A stretch of 64,000 nucleotides of DNA from contig NW_002060963.1 of assembly GCF_000150275.1 (NCBI RefSeq), positions 777,262-841,261 of the forward strand, written 5' to 3'. Position 1 is the stretch's first letter; every line of letters starts with the position of its first letter. The notes below the pieces were generated by a model. That model did not search any database and was not told where the DNA came from. It worked only from the letters and a program-made list of their open reading frames with translations. A program made the translations under genes and the position numbers. Positions 13,620 to 26,262 of this stretch are shown one piece after another. Source of the DNA: Trichoplax adhaerens. Its lineage: Eukaryota; Animalia; Placozoa.

Positions 13620-14990
13620 CTGATTCTATGGCTGCAGCGGGCGATATCATGGAGGCGGATAGGATCAATGCTGAAAGCTGTGATGGAGAGATGCTAACAT
13701 CAGAGATTTGTAAGAAGGAAAGTGCTAACATCTCCATATACCGGTATAACGAGTCCATTATTTGCATCAAACATGATATTCCTGATTCTATGGCTGCAGC
13801 TGGCGATATGGCAGTAGATGGAAGGCGGATAGGATCAATGCTGAAAGCTGTGATGGAGAGATGCTAACATCAAAGATTTGTGAGAGGGAAAGTGCTAACA
13901 TCTCCAATCTCGATGGTATAACAAGTCCATTATTTGCATCAAACATGATATTCCTGATTCTATGGCTGCAGCTGGCGATATCATGGCAGTACATGGAAGG
14001 CGGATAGGATCAATGCTGAAAGCTGTGATGGAGAGATGCTAACATCAAAGATTTGTGAGAAGGAAAGTGCTAACATCTCCATATACCGGTATAACGAGTC
14101 CATTATTTGCATCAAACATGATATTCCTGATTCTATGGCTGCAGCTGGCGATATCATGGCAATACATGGAAGGCGGATAGCTATGATCAATGCTAAAAGC
14201 TGTGATGGAGAGATGCTAACATCAAAGATTTGTGAGAAGGAAAGTGCTAACATCTCCATATACCGGTATAACGAGTCCATTATTTGCATCAAACATGATA
14301 TTCCTGATTCTGTGGCTGCAGCTGGCGATATCATAGCAGTGCATAGAAAGCGGATAGGAACAATGCTAAAAGCGATGATGGAGAGATGCTAACATCAGAC
14401 ATTTGTGAAAGGGAAAGTGCTAACATCTCCAATCTCGATGGTATAACGAGTCCATTATTTGCATCAAACATGATATTCCTGATTTCTATGACTGCTGTAG
14501 GTACAGACTATACTGGCGGTAGTATCTGCAGGAATTACAGTACATGGAAGGCGGATAGGATCAAAGCTAAATGCTATGATGGAGAGATACTAACATCAGG
14601 GACTTGTGAGAGGGAGAGAGAAAGTGCTAACATCTCCAATGTCGATGGTATATTGAGTTCCATCATTTGCATCGAATATGGCACTCCTGATTCTATGGTT
14701 GCAGCTGGTACAGTATAAATTATACTGACAGTAGTATTTGCAGGAGTTAAAGGACTGAAAAGGTGGATGGGATAAGTGCTATGATGGAGAGATGCTAACA
14801 TCTCCAATCTCGATGGTAGAACGAGTCCATCATTTGCTCTAGTTGGTCCAATTATGCCTAATGCTTAATAACGCAGACTGCTACTGCAGTAGTTCTTGCA
14901 TCGACTAGAGTATAAATGCTGTGAAGGAGAGATGCCAACATCTCCAATCTCAATTGTGCAACGAGCCCATCAATTGCTATCGTTGGTCCA
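13620..14990. repeat. Tandem repeat array, ~162-177 bp unit, ~7 units plus 2 degenerate partial units
   Basis: Anchor ctgattctatggctgcagc at 13620, 13782, 13954, 14127, 14304, 14479 and 14687; partial units at ~14780 and ~14920. Confidence 0.95.
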
Positions 14991-17255
14991 ACTAGATCAC
15001 CTATGGCTTATTAAAATAACTGCACATACGACGGACTAATACAGGACTTGTAGTCGATTATACAGTACAAGGAGTTTTGCAAGGATCACGCGAAAGGCCT
15101 TTAAAAAGTACAAATGAAAGGTCTTTGAAGCACAGCAGAGATCCTAAAATGATTTTAGGGTTGGTCTAATCAAGCCCAACCATAATTAGTTCTGCTACGT
15201 ACAGTAGTCCTTTGCTTGAGCTTTTCTCCTCTTTTTAGACTCTATAGTCGCTGCTTGAGTATGCTGCAAATCACGATAGGCGTTGTCGATTTACTACCAT
15301 ACGTTAATTAATCATGACGTTGCTCGGACAGCAAGCTATCTATAGATTATTATTGTAAGGCAAATATCCTTCAATTCGTATTCATTAAAATAAACAATAC
15401 TCTACCTGATCATTGTCCATTGCAACCATTGTAATTACTGTAGTGTTGATCATTGACGTTGCAACGATGGCGAAGTGGATATCAATTTGCATCCAGTCGT
15501 CTCGCCATTTGAGACGAATCGGCTCGCCACTTGGTCAAGGAAGACCAAACATCCTCTTTCAAGGATATCGAAAACAATTCTTGGTAAATGTAGTATAAAA
15601 TGGACTGATTTCAACCCTAATTGTACTACAGCAAACTCAATCAATCCAAACAGTATCGTAGAGAAGCGATTTGATTTCTATTAAAATTATTATTCTTTTT
15701 TTTCTCTCGCTCTTTGTCTCTCCTTCTTGCCGGCGTTCGATTTTTAATCGTATTAAGACAACCTATAGCTTTTGCTTCTTTGTAGAGTACGGTGAGACTG
15801 AGTCATTTTATATTGCGAATAATATGAAATGATCATTTATTCGAGGGCATCTTCATGCCCAATGTTTCAGCAACATGATTGGCAATATCATGTAATCTCT
15901 TCGATAACATAATCATATCTGTTTTACAATTACGATGCCAACATAAACGAATAACGAATACTACGAGAATGATCAACAATCAATGAATGTATCAATCGTC
16001 CCACTGATGAGCTAAGCACTAAAGTAATTAACAAAGTCTCTGAGCATTTACAAACCTCAGACAAAACTGGTAATTCTTATCTTACCCTCCCACCTAGAAG
16101 TTTAGTTCCGCTTTTACATCCACCTTATACTCGTATACTGTATGCAATGCACAGACATCTTCACGGTCAAAGCTTGACCGTGACAATGTCGTACTTTTAC
16201 TTTTCAACTACTTTAAATTATTCTTGTCATATTGCCATTCCTTTACTCCTTCCATAGCTGCAGCCAAGTTGGCTAATAATAATTATAATTGTTGATTTGA
16301 TATAACACGTTGATTGCCTATAAAAAAAGAGGAACGAAATGACCGATGGATTGGCAATGCTGTATAGCGATCTCATTATCTCCAAGATATCACTATCGTC
16401 TACTGTAGTTTTATCATTTCATACTCAAGCAAGTTCCATCTATTGCATCAACGCTGTAATGCCATCAACTTAAGCTCATGTTGCTATAGGTCCGAAGGCA
16501 ATTTAACAGTAAGCGAATACTTACTGCTATCGTGAATCCCCATATTCGCGATACTCGACGTTTATTGTCGGTAAAACACAAAATAAATGGGTAAATCCCT
16601 GCGGTGGACTCAAATGGCGAAATTGCTAGCTGAACACGCAGTCTTATCGGCTATTACTACTTTCAATTCCATGCAGTATCTCATCGTATGCTCAGGCAGT
16701 ACATAGGGGAAATACAGTGTACCTACCATATGCATCCAACGTTGAAAAATATATACCACACGGTAAAAATATTAAAATAGGACATGGCAAACCCGGCCAA
16801 AATGCCTAGCAGCAAATGACACAATGTTGTGCCTAAAGAGCTGTACAAGAACTGAACGATTTACTAGTATCAGTACAGCAGGAAGAACTTTTCTTTCTAC
16901 CACTTTTAAATTTAGAATTGGAAAGATTTTTCTTGTATGCTAGTTAATTGATGGATGATCAAGCTTTACTAAGCTACTTGTAACGATGATTGTTGTAAAA
17001 ACATGGAGTTGAATAATTTTTACGCTGCTGCCGAAATTTTTTCGCTTTCATCTTAAAATCAAAAAATTATCGTAAAGTTGCTTTCATTTCATCTGTAAGA
17101 TCTCACGTCTACTCTATAAATGTCTTTAATGAAATAAATCTGCATAGCAATATTACACGAAACAGCCAATAACAACGCAAAGCACGTTAAAATTAGCCAT
17201 GCAAAATCATGCATGGTACAAGTCATGACAGCCAACTTGTATAATCATCATCTAG

Positions 17256-20200
17256 GGTCTGCAACTATCTATGAAATCGACTTTAGCGTCAGCAAGTGAA
17301 AATTTAATCAATGAATCCCCCTTGAGCCGTATCATGAGAGATGGAAACGAATTGCAATTGGTCATGGATAATCAGCAATATAGGTCAGCGATAACCATCT
17401 AGACGAGAAGGTTTTCAAATTCTTATAGTATTGAAATGCTAATGCAAACTCAATAATAAAAAGTAGCGTTTGGCTCAGTGAAATCGACACTAGAAAATGA
17501 TATTAAATTGCTTTAGGATACGGATGGAATAAAAATTTCAAGTGATTAGATATATAAATTTCTCGTTTATTCAACTATCTATTAGTGCATTAATTAAGTA
17601 GACCTAAAATCTTCTCGATCAGAGCAATAATAATGATGGTCTTCATACACTTGGCAGCTTTACCCTATGATTCGGTTTAAGGAATAAAAGTATAGAACTA
17701 ATTGTATTTCCTTCTTAATTAATTCGATTTGGTTATCACTCGTAGTTTATGTTAACAGTCAAAATTAGAATGGATAAGATAATCGTTTAATTAAATCTAC
17801 TTCATATGGCAATTGAAAGTATTTGAGACTAATTTTGGTCCTTAAAATTGGATTAGATTTCATGCAGCTTGGTTACGGTTTAGCTGTCAGTGTTCTTCCT
17901 GCAGGCAGCATGGCACTAATGCATGTCTCATTGAATCACATACATTGCCTCAAGAATGCAAGCTCGCTTCGGCTGATCTAGAAGGTATTACTATTCACCA
18001 ACTTGATACTACATGATATTTAGTAAACATAATTTACTAGGATACATCAAGTTTGCCTTCCTTTTACTACTTAGAGGACGATGTTGTATTACGCTGGCAA
18101 GGCGAAGATGACCATGTAGGAAGAATATCGCGACAATTTCTACGCGATCACAGCTATTCTAAAGATGCACTCTCTAAAAGAAATGACCAAAGTAGTGTCA
18201 AGACATTTATGGTAATCCTATTTACACTTACACACCGATAGATAGATAGATGTTGCTTACTACTCATTTTATGTTGTAAATGAAGTGAGGTAATATGCTG
18301 TCTTAATTAGGCAGAGCTGCCTCGTATAAAATATGAAGAAATATACCGTAGTAAAGAGAGCCAACGCAAGTAAGTAGTTAACTGTCTAACGCTACAATGA
18401 CATAACTAGCATACTAGGAAAAACCTTTCGAGGCAACCTCATTTACATTAGTTCCTATGGATATAGTAATTCTACAGCTTCTGTATGGAGTATTTCGCAA
18501 ATATTCTAATAATGGAATAGAATGCAAAATAGGCAACCAATGAAAAATAAATTCAACACTTTGTATTAGATTTTTAATGAAATTGTTTGAGTACGGTTGC
18601 TGTCTTGTCCAAGATACACCTATTAAAGCTGGAGCTATTCAAGAGGTAAAAATTTCTTGTGTCTATCAGTTTATCCTACAGGAAGATTAATCTTGTTCAA
18701 TTTTGAATCTGATTATGGGTTACAGATGTTAGAGCCAATAGCACCAGTGCAGCCGACCATCTATGGAAAGGTAATACTTTAGTGAAAATAATTTGTAGCA
18801 GATACTATTCCATAATGGATATCTAATTAAACTTTAACCCATTTACAAGCAACAGCAAAAATTTCGATACAATTAGCAACGGATGTAGTCATACGGTGAT
18901 ATACATATATGAAAGCAGACCTTATTAAATATCCAATTTAACGATACAGATATTTGATGTAATGGCAGTACCAAACCCTACTCATGTCGCATATTCAATG
19001 GCACCACTAATCTTTCATATGGACTTACTGTATTATGAATCTCCTCCAGGTATTCAGGCCTTACACTGCATCAGGTAATTAGGACAATGCTTAATTGCGG
19101 ATGTTGTAACTGGGCTTGATTATGATAGCGATGCAATTGCGACCAAAACATTGCAAAAATAACAAGTATTACAATCGTTTAAATGCAGATTTGATGAATG
19201 TGTAACTGGTGGCGAATCTAGGATTCTAGACTCTTTCTTAATTGCTGAAGAGTTTCGAAGAGATTTTCCCGAAGATTTCGAGATTCTAACACGCATTCCT
19301 GTAGCATTTCAGAGAGTTCATCTTGAAAAGTATGCACAATTAATTCTTTAGTTCTATTTAGGCCGAGTATTCATATCAATTTCGTAACAAAGATGAATTG
19401 TCTTTTGCTTAGTGATAATCCAGTTGCTATGGTATATCGAAGACCACATATAGTTTTAAATCACAACCAAGAGGTATCGTTCTCTAGTGATTTATGTAGG
19501 TATTAAATCACTTTGCAATTCTACTTTAGAGAAGTCGATTTTTACGAATTTGTCATGATTTAATATTTTTAAGGCTATTAATACCACTTTATATCATTCT
19601 ATCAAAAATAATACTTTTTTGAATTAAATAGATAATAGCAGTTAACTGGAGTCCAGGGTTTGAAGGCCCTCTCTCAATAGCTGAAGTAGGAAAATATCGC
19701 AAGAGAATTTGTCATGTTATAAATGTGGATGTGAGCGCAAACTGTAACCATATACAAGTATCCTAACTGATTGCTTTTATAAATTAGGAGTACGTTGAGC
19801 CGTATTACAGAGCTAGAAGAAAATTTGCTGACATTGTTGAGAATTCCCAATATGAGGTATTACCTATGATTATATTAAGGATGTAATCGTTAATTAAGTC
19901 TTAAAATTCTATACTTGCATGGTAAAAGCATACCAGTGGTATTAGTACTTCCTAATTTCGTGAAATACTTTCCTTAAGGCTATTGTGAGAGCGTTGGCCA
20001 AGGGTTAAATATCCATATATCTTGAGAATAAAAAATTACCATAGCTTCCTTCTTCATTAGCTATCGTGGGCTAGAAAAAAAGAATGTTATAATTATTATG
20101 ACATACCGTAAATAGATAGTAACGTAGGTCCATTAATAAGCACTGCATACCAATTATATCGCTTACTGTACTAACCCGAATCCGGTCGGCCTAAAATTCA

Positions 20201-20692
20201 TATTGTATAAGCCTTAGCACGAAGAATACGTACTATTAGAGTAAGACGGGAAATTGATTTGAATTTACTTACAAGACCTTACCATCTGAAAAAAACGAGT
20301 AATTATCTTTAAAATTAACGCTAGACTAATCCGGAATTCTATTTTATTTTAACTCATGTAGGTAGAACATCGATTACAACCTGGTGAAATGTTGATGTTT
20401 AACAATAGGCGGATGATGCATGCTCGTCACGAATTTACTTTAAATGGTGGAATAAGACATTTGCAAGTATGCCCTAGATTAATTATAAACGTTGTTATAG
20501 CTGCTACAAAATAGTATTTGGAATATAATGTACAGGTACTAAAATATTTAGCAAAATTATCTTAACTTTTGACAAATCTTCTAGGGCATATACTTAAATA
20601 TGGATGTATTCAGAAGCCAAACTATTATTGCTAATTTATCAGCTGGGATTAACGATATTCTTCCAAGAATTGGAAATCAATGCTATTCTTAA
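17256..20692 (+). CDS. Gamma-butyrobetaine dioxygenase-like Fe(II)/2-oxoglutarate dioxygenase, copy 1 (>=13 exons; 5' exon unresolved)
   Basis: FHAAWLRFSCQCSSC (Zn-binding CxCxxC)...DDHVG; AYS...FHMDLLYYESPPGIQALHC (HxD); GGES..LD; NWSPGFEGP; RLQPGEMLMFNNRRMMHAR; RHLQGIYLNMD; stop TAA 20690-20692. Confidence 0.9.
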
Positions 20693-20775
20693 GTTGAGAT
20701 TGCATCTCCTTTGCTTTTGAAATCAGAGTAAAAAAGAAATAAAAATATTCTACTTCATATTTCATCATACCGTTG

Positions 20776-21170
20776 TGTCGTGATTGATTTCAGGTTGCAA
20801 GATCTAGGAATCATTCGTATACGTATATTATACGTTACATCAAAAGTATACAGTAAGATATAATCTACTATGCCATACTATTCAGTTAGATGAGCGGGAT
20901 TGACCAGTCAAATATATATACAGTGGTTTACACGATGTGACTTTTGCTCACAAATGATTATCTTATTGACCATTAACCATAATTGATTAATTTTTTTAAT
21001 AAAGATTTGGATTCATTTTTACCCAAGAGAGACTAGTAGAGTTACTATTCCTCCTGATGATAAGAGATCATTAGTGTTAGAGTTTTACTGTGGGCAGATA
21101 ACGTTAGGCTTATAGCGATGTAGTTTTCCGTAATAATTTAATTATCTCGTTCTAAATTCCATTTGTAACA
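20776..21170 (+). mobile_element. Probable solo LTR (family shared with 53069 and ~60400 fragments)
   Basis: TGTCG...GTAACA ends; TATA-like sequence ~20911 upstream of AATAAA ~20998; imperfect 4-bp flanks gttg/gtag. The 3' end and gttactattcctcctgatgat recur inverted at 53069-53237. Confidence 0.55.
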
Positions 21171-22811
21171 GTAGTATTACAATCAAATCAATCGAATATC
21201 TAGAGGTCATGAAACAGTTCATCGGATAAGCACATTACTTTAACTTTAACACTTACAAGATTAGATATCGTCTTATTTATGATCGGTGCGGATTAATTGA
21301 CTAATGATTTATCGTATGTACTGCACTAGAAATTCTATTTTCAGGATCAGGTTATCAATAATTATTAAGGACCAGGTATACTCGTATTCTATTAGCTCTA
21401 CTTATGGAGAGGTTGCAGCAGTGTATAAGTAATAAATAGCCAAAACTACTATAATTAATGGCACAAACTATGACTATATTTCTAGAGATAACCATCAAGT
21501 TTTATTGAAAAATACTCATTAACTATTCTTGCAAATTAAGGTGAACTGGCCTAATGCCCCGTGGCTTCACTGATTTTTTAATGTCATGATTTTACAGGCA
21601 ATAACCATATCATAATTCTATGTATGGTCCTCCAAAATATCTCTAGAGTCCTATACTTTATTAATAACTAATTAATTAAAAGTCTCAGCTATCTATTGAA
21701 TTGTAGTGAAGTATAATAAAGTATATATCTTATTTATTACTGATGCTATTCTATGCATACGATTAATGCTACCTGTTTACGATATTCCGTCACCTTATTT
21801 AGTGTCTTTTCCTCTGATCATGCTAGAAGTAGGCTACTTCATTCAAATTATTATAAGTCAGTTAAGTATATTAACCAATGTAAATAGATTAAAAACTTCT
21901 ATGATAAGAAAAGTACTGGCACTGATTACGTTAATTATGACCAGATAAGAGAATAAATAAAATAATGGAAAAGATACGAAACAATTAGATAAGCTATTGA
22001 ACCAGAGGAAGAAAATCAAGAAGCCGTGGTCATTACTAAATGAAGTTACGTGTCTATACTTAACGTTTTTAAATTGTGAGAAATAGTATAGAAATGAAGT
22101 ACAAGGCGATAGCTCCGAGATATTGGCAAACAGATTATGAAAGTGAAATGGTAGCGAACAGATAGAAAGAACGGCAGGAGAAGATCGTCAAAGTCTGACA
22201 AGTGGAATGAGAAATAGTTATAACTAACGAGTATTTACCACTGTACGCAAGTGTAATCAAGCTCTTCAATTCATCACTACATTTGTTGGCCTGTCCCTTT
22301 CTCGTGTACACTTGAGAGAAAGAGATAGACGAGACCTTAATTATAACACACTTCATAGGAAATTGTATTTCACAATTATTTAGTCAATAATTGGTTAAGA
22401 TAAGATGCGTTCCACTAGTTATACCTGTACAAAGAGATTATAACGTTGTTTAAAGAAATGAAATTGTGTATGCTGCCTCTGAAACTAGCAATCATAACAA
22501 GAACTAGTTTAATAACAGCTTGAATGGTCAGATGCCAAGTGTACGATAGCTGATAATGTATAATATGACTAATTCTATATAATTAAGATACTTTTAAAAA
22601 AAATTGGTATCCTACTCGTAGATAAGTTATTTCGCCATATTATCGTGGGGGTATTTGTTGTCTTATCAGTTTCAATAGGCATTATGGTCGAATAATATGT
22701 TACTTCATTTATTCAACTTTGTTGCTTCTCATTTCTATCTATTCCAAAATGCAATGATGAGCCACTCCAATAATGCAGTGAGCAGATCTACTGGACGTAT
22801 AAGTACACATT

Positions 22812-23480
22812 AGAATGACTTCATTTTACTCTACTCGATTGCTTCTGTCTTTAGCCTAGTTCAAAAATGCAACAATGGATCACTGCCAAATAATAATGAG
22901 AATATCTACTGTATGTACATATATATTTCTCGTACGCAGCAGAATGACTTCATCTTACTCTACTCGATTGGATGTGTCTTTAATCTAGTCCAAAAAAGCA
23001 ACGATGAATCACTGCCAAATAATAATGAGAATATCTACTGTATGTACATATATATTTCTCGTACGCAGCAGAATGACTTCATTTTACTCTACTCGATTGC
23101 TTCTGTCTTTAGCCTAGTTCAAAAATGCAACAATGGATCACTGCCAAATAATAATGAGAATATCTACTGTATGTACCTATATATTTCTCGTACGCAGCAG
23201 AATGGCTTCATCTTACTCTACTCGATTGGATGTGTCTTTAATCTAGTCCAAAAAAGCAACGATGAATCACTGCCAAATAATAATGAGAATATCTACTGTA
23301 TGTACATATATATTTCTCATACGCAATAGAATGACTTCATCTTACTCTACTCGATTGCATGTGTCTTTAATCTAGTCCAAAAATGCAACGACGAATCACT
23401 GCCAAAGAATAATGAGAATATCTACTGTATGTACATATATATTTCTCGTACGTAACAGAATGACTTCATTTTACTGTACT
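22812..23480. repeat. 129-bp tandem repeat, 5+ units, with alternating A/B (258-bp) higher-order structure
   Basis: Unit starts (agaatgacttca) at 22812, 22941, 23070, 23199, 23328 and 23457; degenerate relatives at ~22700-22810 and ~23835-24170. Confidence 0.95.
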
Positions 23481-24482
23481 TAGTTGTACTCTATTCAGTT
23501 TATTTTAAAATACAATAATAAATCACTGTAAAATGATTTCGAGAAGAATTACCTTACGTATGGATTGAGCCGGCTAGAGGAATAAAAGCTATTAATCTTT
23601 ACTTAAAGCACTGTCGTAGCCGCCTAAAGCCCGAAATTCTCATATTTTTGCTGTTAATTCGGACTTTAGCCGGATCAGTAATTCAGTATTGTATCCGGTA
23701 TTATGTTATGCAAAATAATGTTTGTCCATTCTACAACCACAACTTACACATCGGAATTATTTCATTTTACTGGGCGTATGAACATTGGAGAGAGACTCCT
23801 GGAAGAGAAACTGTATTCAATTAGGAGTCCCTAGTATGTACAAGTGCGCATCAGAATTACTCTTACTTCATTTGAGTTCACTCTGCTGTGTGTGGTTGCT
23901 TCTAGACTAAATCGATACCAAAATGCAATGATAAATCACTCCCAATACAGTGATGACTGATTATTCTATTCCATTCGTCTGTACAAGTAAGCATCAGCAT
24001 AATCAATGATTTTATTTTACTCTACTTGGCTGCTTCTCACTTCAATTTATTGCAACATGCAGTGGCTCTAATATAGTCATAGGTCCAAGTAACTATGAGG
24101 AAAATAAATGACTTCATTTCATTCTACTGTAGTCACTCGGCTGTTTCTCACTTCAAACCAACGTGCAATCAATTGAAATCGAATGAATATCTGCAAAATC
24201 AGTATACAAGTGTGCATATTTTGTTTTCACAATCTTGTTCATAAATTAAATTGACTATATTCAGTCATAGTCATATTAAATATCATTATATGGACCCGTA
24301 GGCAATGCTTTTACACACTGATCTTGTCGTTATTTCAAGCGCTTGAAGAAGGATTTGGGCAAACAGAAAACGAAATCAACACACCTTACAGTGTACAGTA
24401 CAGAGTGTACAGTACATTGCACAGTGTGCAGTATACTGTACACTGTGTGGAAGGCATATGGACTGCTAGTAAAATCCCCCAG

Positions 24483-24820
24483 GACCTGCAACTCTCTTCG
24501 GACAGACGGACTTTCCATACCCGAGAAGGCCAAAAAATGTGGAAAAATAGTAGTTACTCAGTATAGATCTTTCGGGTTTGTTTTCTAAATCACTCGTATT
24601 AATGTAACTTTGAATAGTATTCATGATCTAAATGGACTGCTTCTAAGCAGAGCTTAGTAGCAGGCAATGGAATACTGCATTACTTAATTTAGCAAAATCA
24701 GTTGACTGCCTGTCTATACTAATAAGGACTGTCTTCTTCTTGAAGTGTTTGACATACTGTACTACAGTATATGGCTCAAAGGAAGCCAAATGTCTGTCCG
24801 TCCAAAAGAGGTTCATGTCG
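24483..24820. mobile_element. Possible degenerate MITE
   Basis: Imperfect ~30-bp inverted repeats: gacctgcaactctcttcggacagacggac (24483) versus gtctgtccgtccaaaagaggttcatgtc (~24792-24819). No clear TSD. Confidence 0.35.
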
Positions 24821-26262
24821 ATTTTTTCCAGGTTAAAGGCCTCAAATTCAATTCAAAATTTTCGGTCTCTTGAATCTTATAGTCGTTCATGTGGAGAAAG
24901 GTGTATTGACTGATATAGAAAGCAAAGGGTTAAAAGATAGCGTAGGCTTTGTGGTTTGTGTTCCTATGGGATCAATACTTTGGACATACAGTACTATAAA
25001 CTACTAAAGTCATCCATGCTCAAGTAGTGCTTGCTTTAAAGTGTCAAGGATGCAAATCGACTTGAGTATACAGTACATCAAGTATGCCAAAATGTCCAGT
25101 CAAATGCTATTGTTTGTAGGGAATTATTTGTATTAAGGACAACGGATAGGATTGATGGAAGCACGGGGCTTTTGTGGCAAGGCTTGTTCAATTTATGTTC
25201 AGTGTTCACCTTTAACCCTTCTTCCTCCACCTACAGCATACTATTAGGTATGAGCTGGGCTAATCCTTGAGGATCATACCAGACCATACCTAGCATTGAA
25301 GGCTAGCGAGGGAAATACCCTTGGGACATTTGCCTGCAGCGATTGTGGGCAAAAAGTCGCATGACAAGCTTCGGCTGTTGCCGTGACCATCACTCTTCCA
25401 ATCCGATCCAGGTCTTTCCATGTATTCTACCGCCATGATGAGACGGCTGTTAACTTGGCCCACTTTAAATCGTTGTTGTAGATTGATCACTTCTCTTCAG
25501 CAGAAAGGACACGCTAATCTCCTTCAAGGATATCCAAGGCGATTCTTGGTACGATATTTTGTATTTTGCTTCATTCATCTTGTATTGCTATCGTACGATA
25601 CGATAACGGTGATCAACAGCTAGACAAGAGCATGCAATCACCATGGCATCAACTTAATATTGAGTTTACAAATGGCGATGATGATAATCGTATCAACGAT
25701 TATTCATTACAGTTGATCAACGCCATAACATCCAATGGCTGTGATGCCCATCAGTAATCAGTTAGTAGTGATGAAGGATTGGAGTAGAACAAGAATATTT
25801 CAACCATAGTAGGCATGCGGTCTGCCTATCACGCCAATATGGCAGTCAATCACTAGGCGTATGAACACTTGCTAATCCACTGCGATTTTACGTTCTACTA
25901 TTCGATCCTGTCTGAAATAAATGTTAACCATAATGCGATGATGAATTCAAGAATACTACAGTATAACATCAATACTTCAATGGACCGTTTAATTTGAGTA
26001 TCGGGCTGATGTAGATTAATCGATTGAAAAATCTCCTTGTTATATCAACAGCTATACTGTAGTTAACCATAAATGTAATCAAGCCAAATGCAAATTTAGT
26101 CTCCATGATATATGTATATGTTATACTATAATTATGGATAGAAGGGATTCAAGACGTACACACACAAGAAATCGGCAATAGTCATGTTTAAAAATCATCT
26201 GTAAAAAAAAAACCAATGAGTTAGTTCTGTAATTCATGACTATTTATTTGCATATTATTTAG

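Noticed and set aside
13407-14807. Overlapping ORFs on both strands in the ~173-bp array; CRISPR-like appearance
   Set aside because: Most unit lengths are not multiples of 3, frames shift between units, and there are no unique spacers or cas genes.
16824-17094. Candidate mitochondrial-presequence first exons for dioxygenase copy 1
   Set aside because: Could not link an ATG and a phase-compatible donor confidently; left unresolved.
22913-23329. 138-aa repeat ORF as a real gene
   Set aside because: Explained by the 129-bp period; neighbouring units carry stops; no recognisable domain.
24324-24588. Short ORFs on both strands
   Set aside because: Driven by low-complexity TACAG/TGTAC repeats; no protein similarity recognised.
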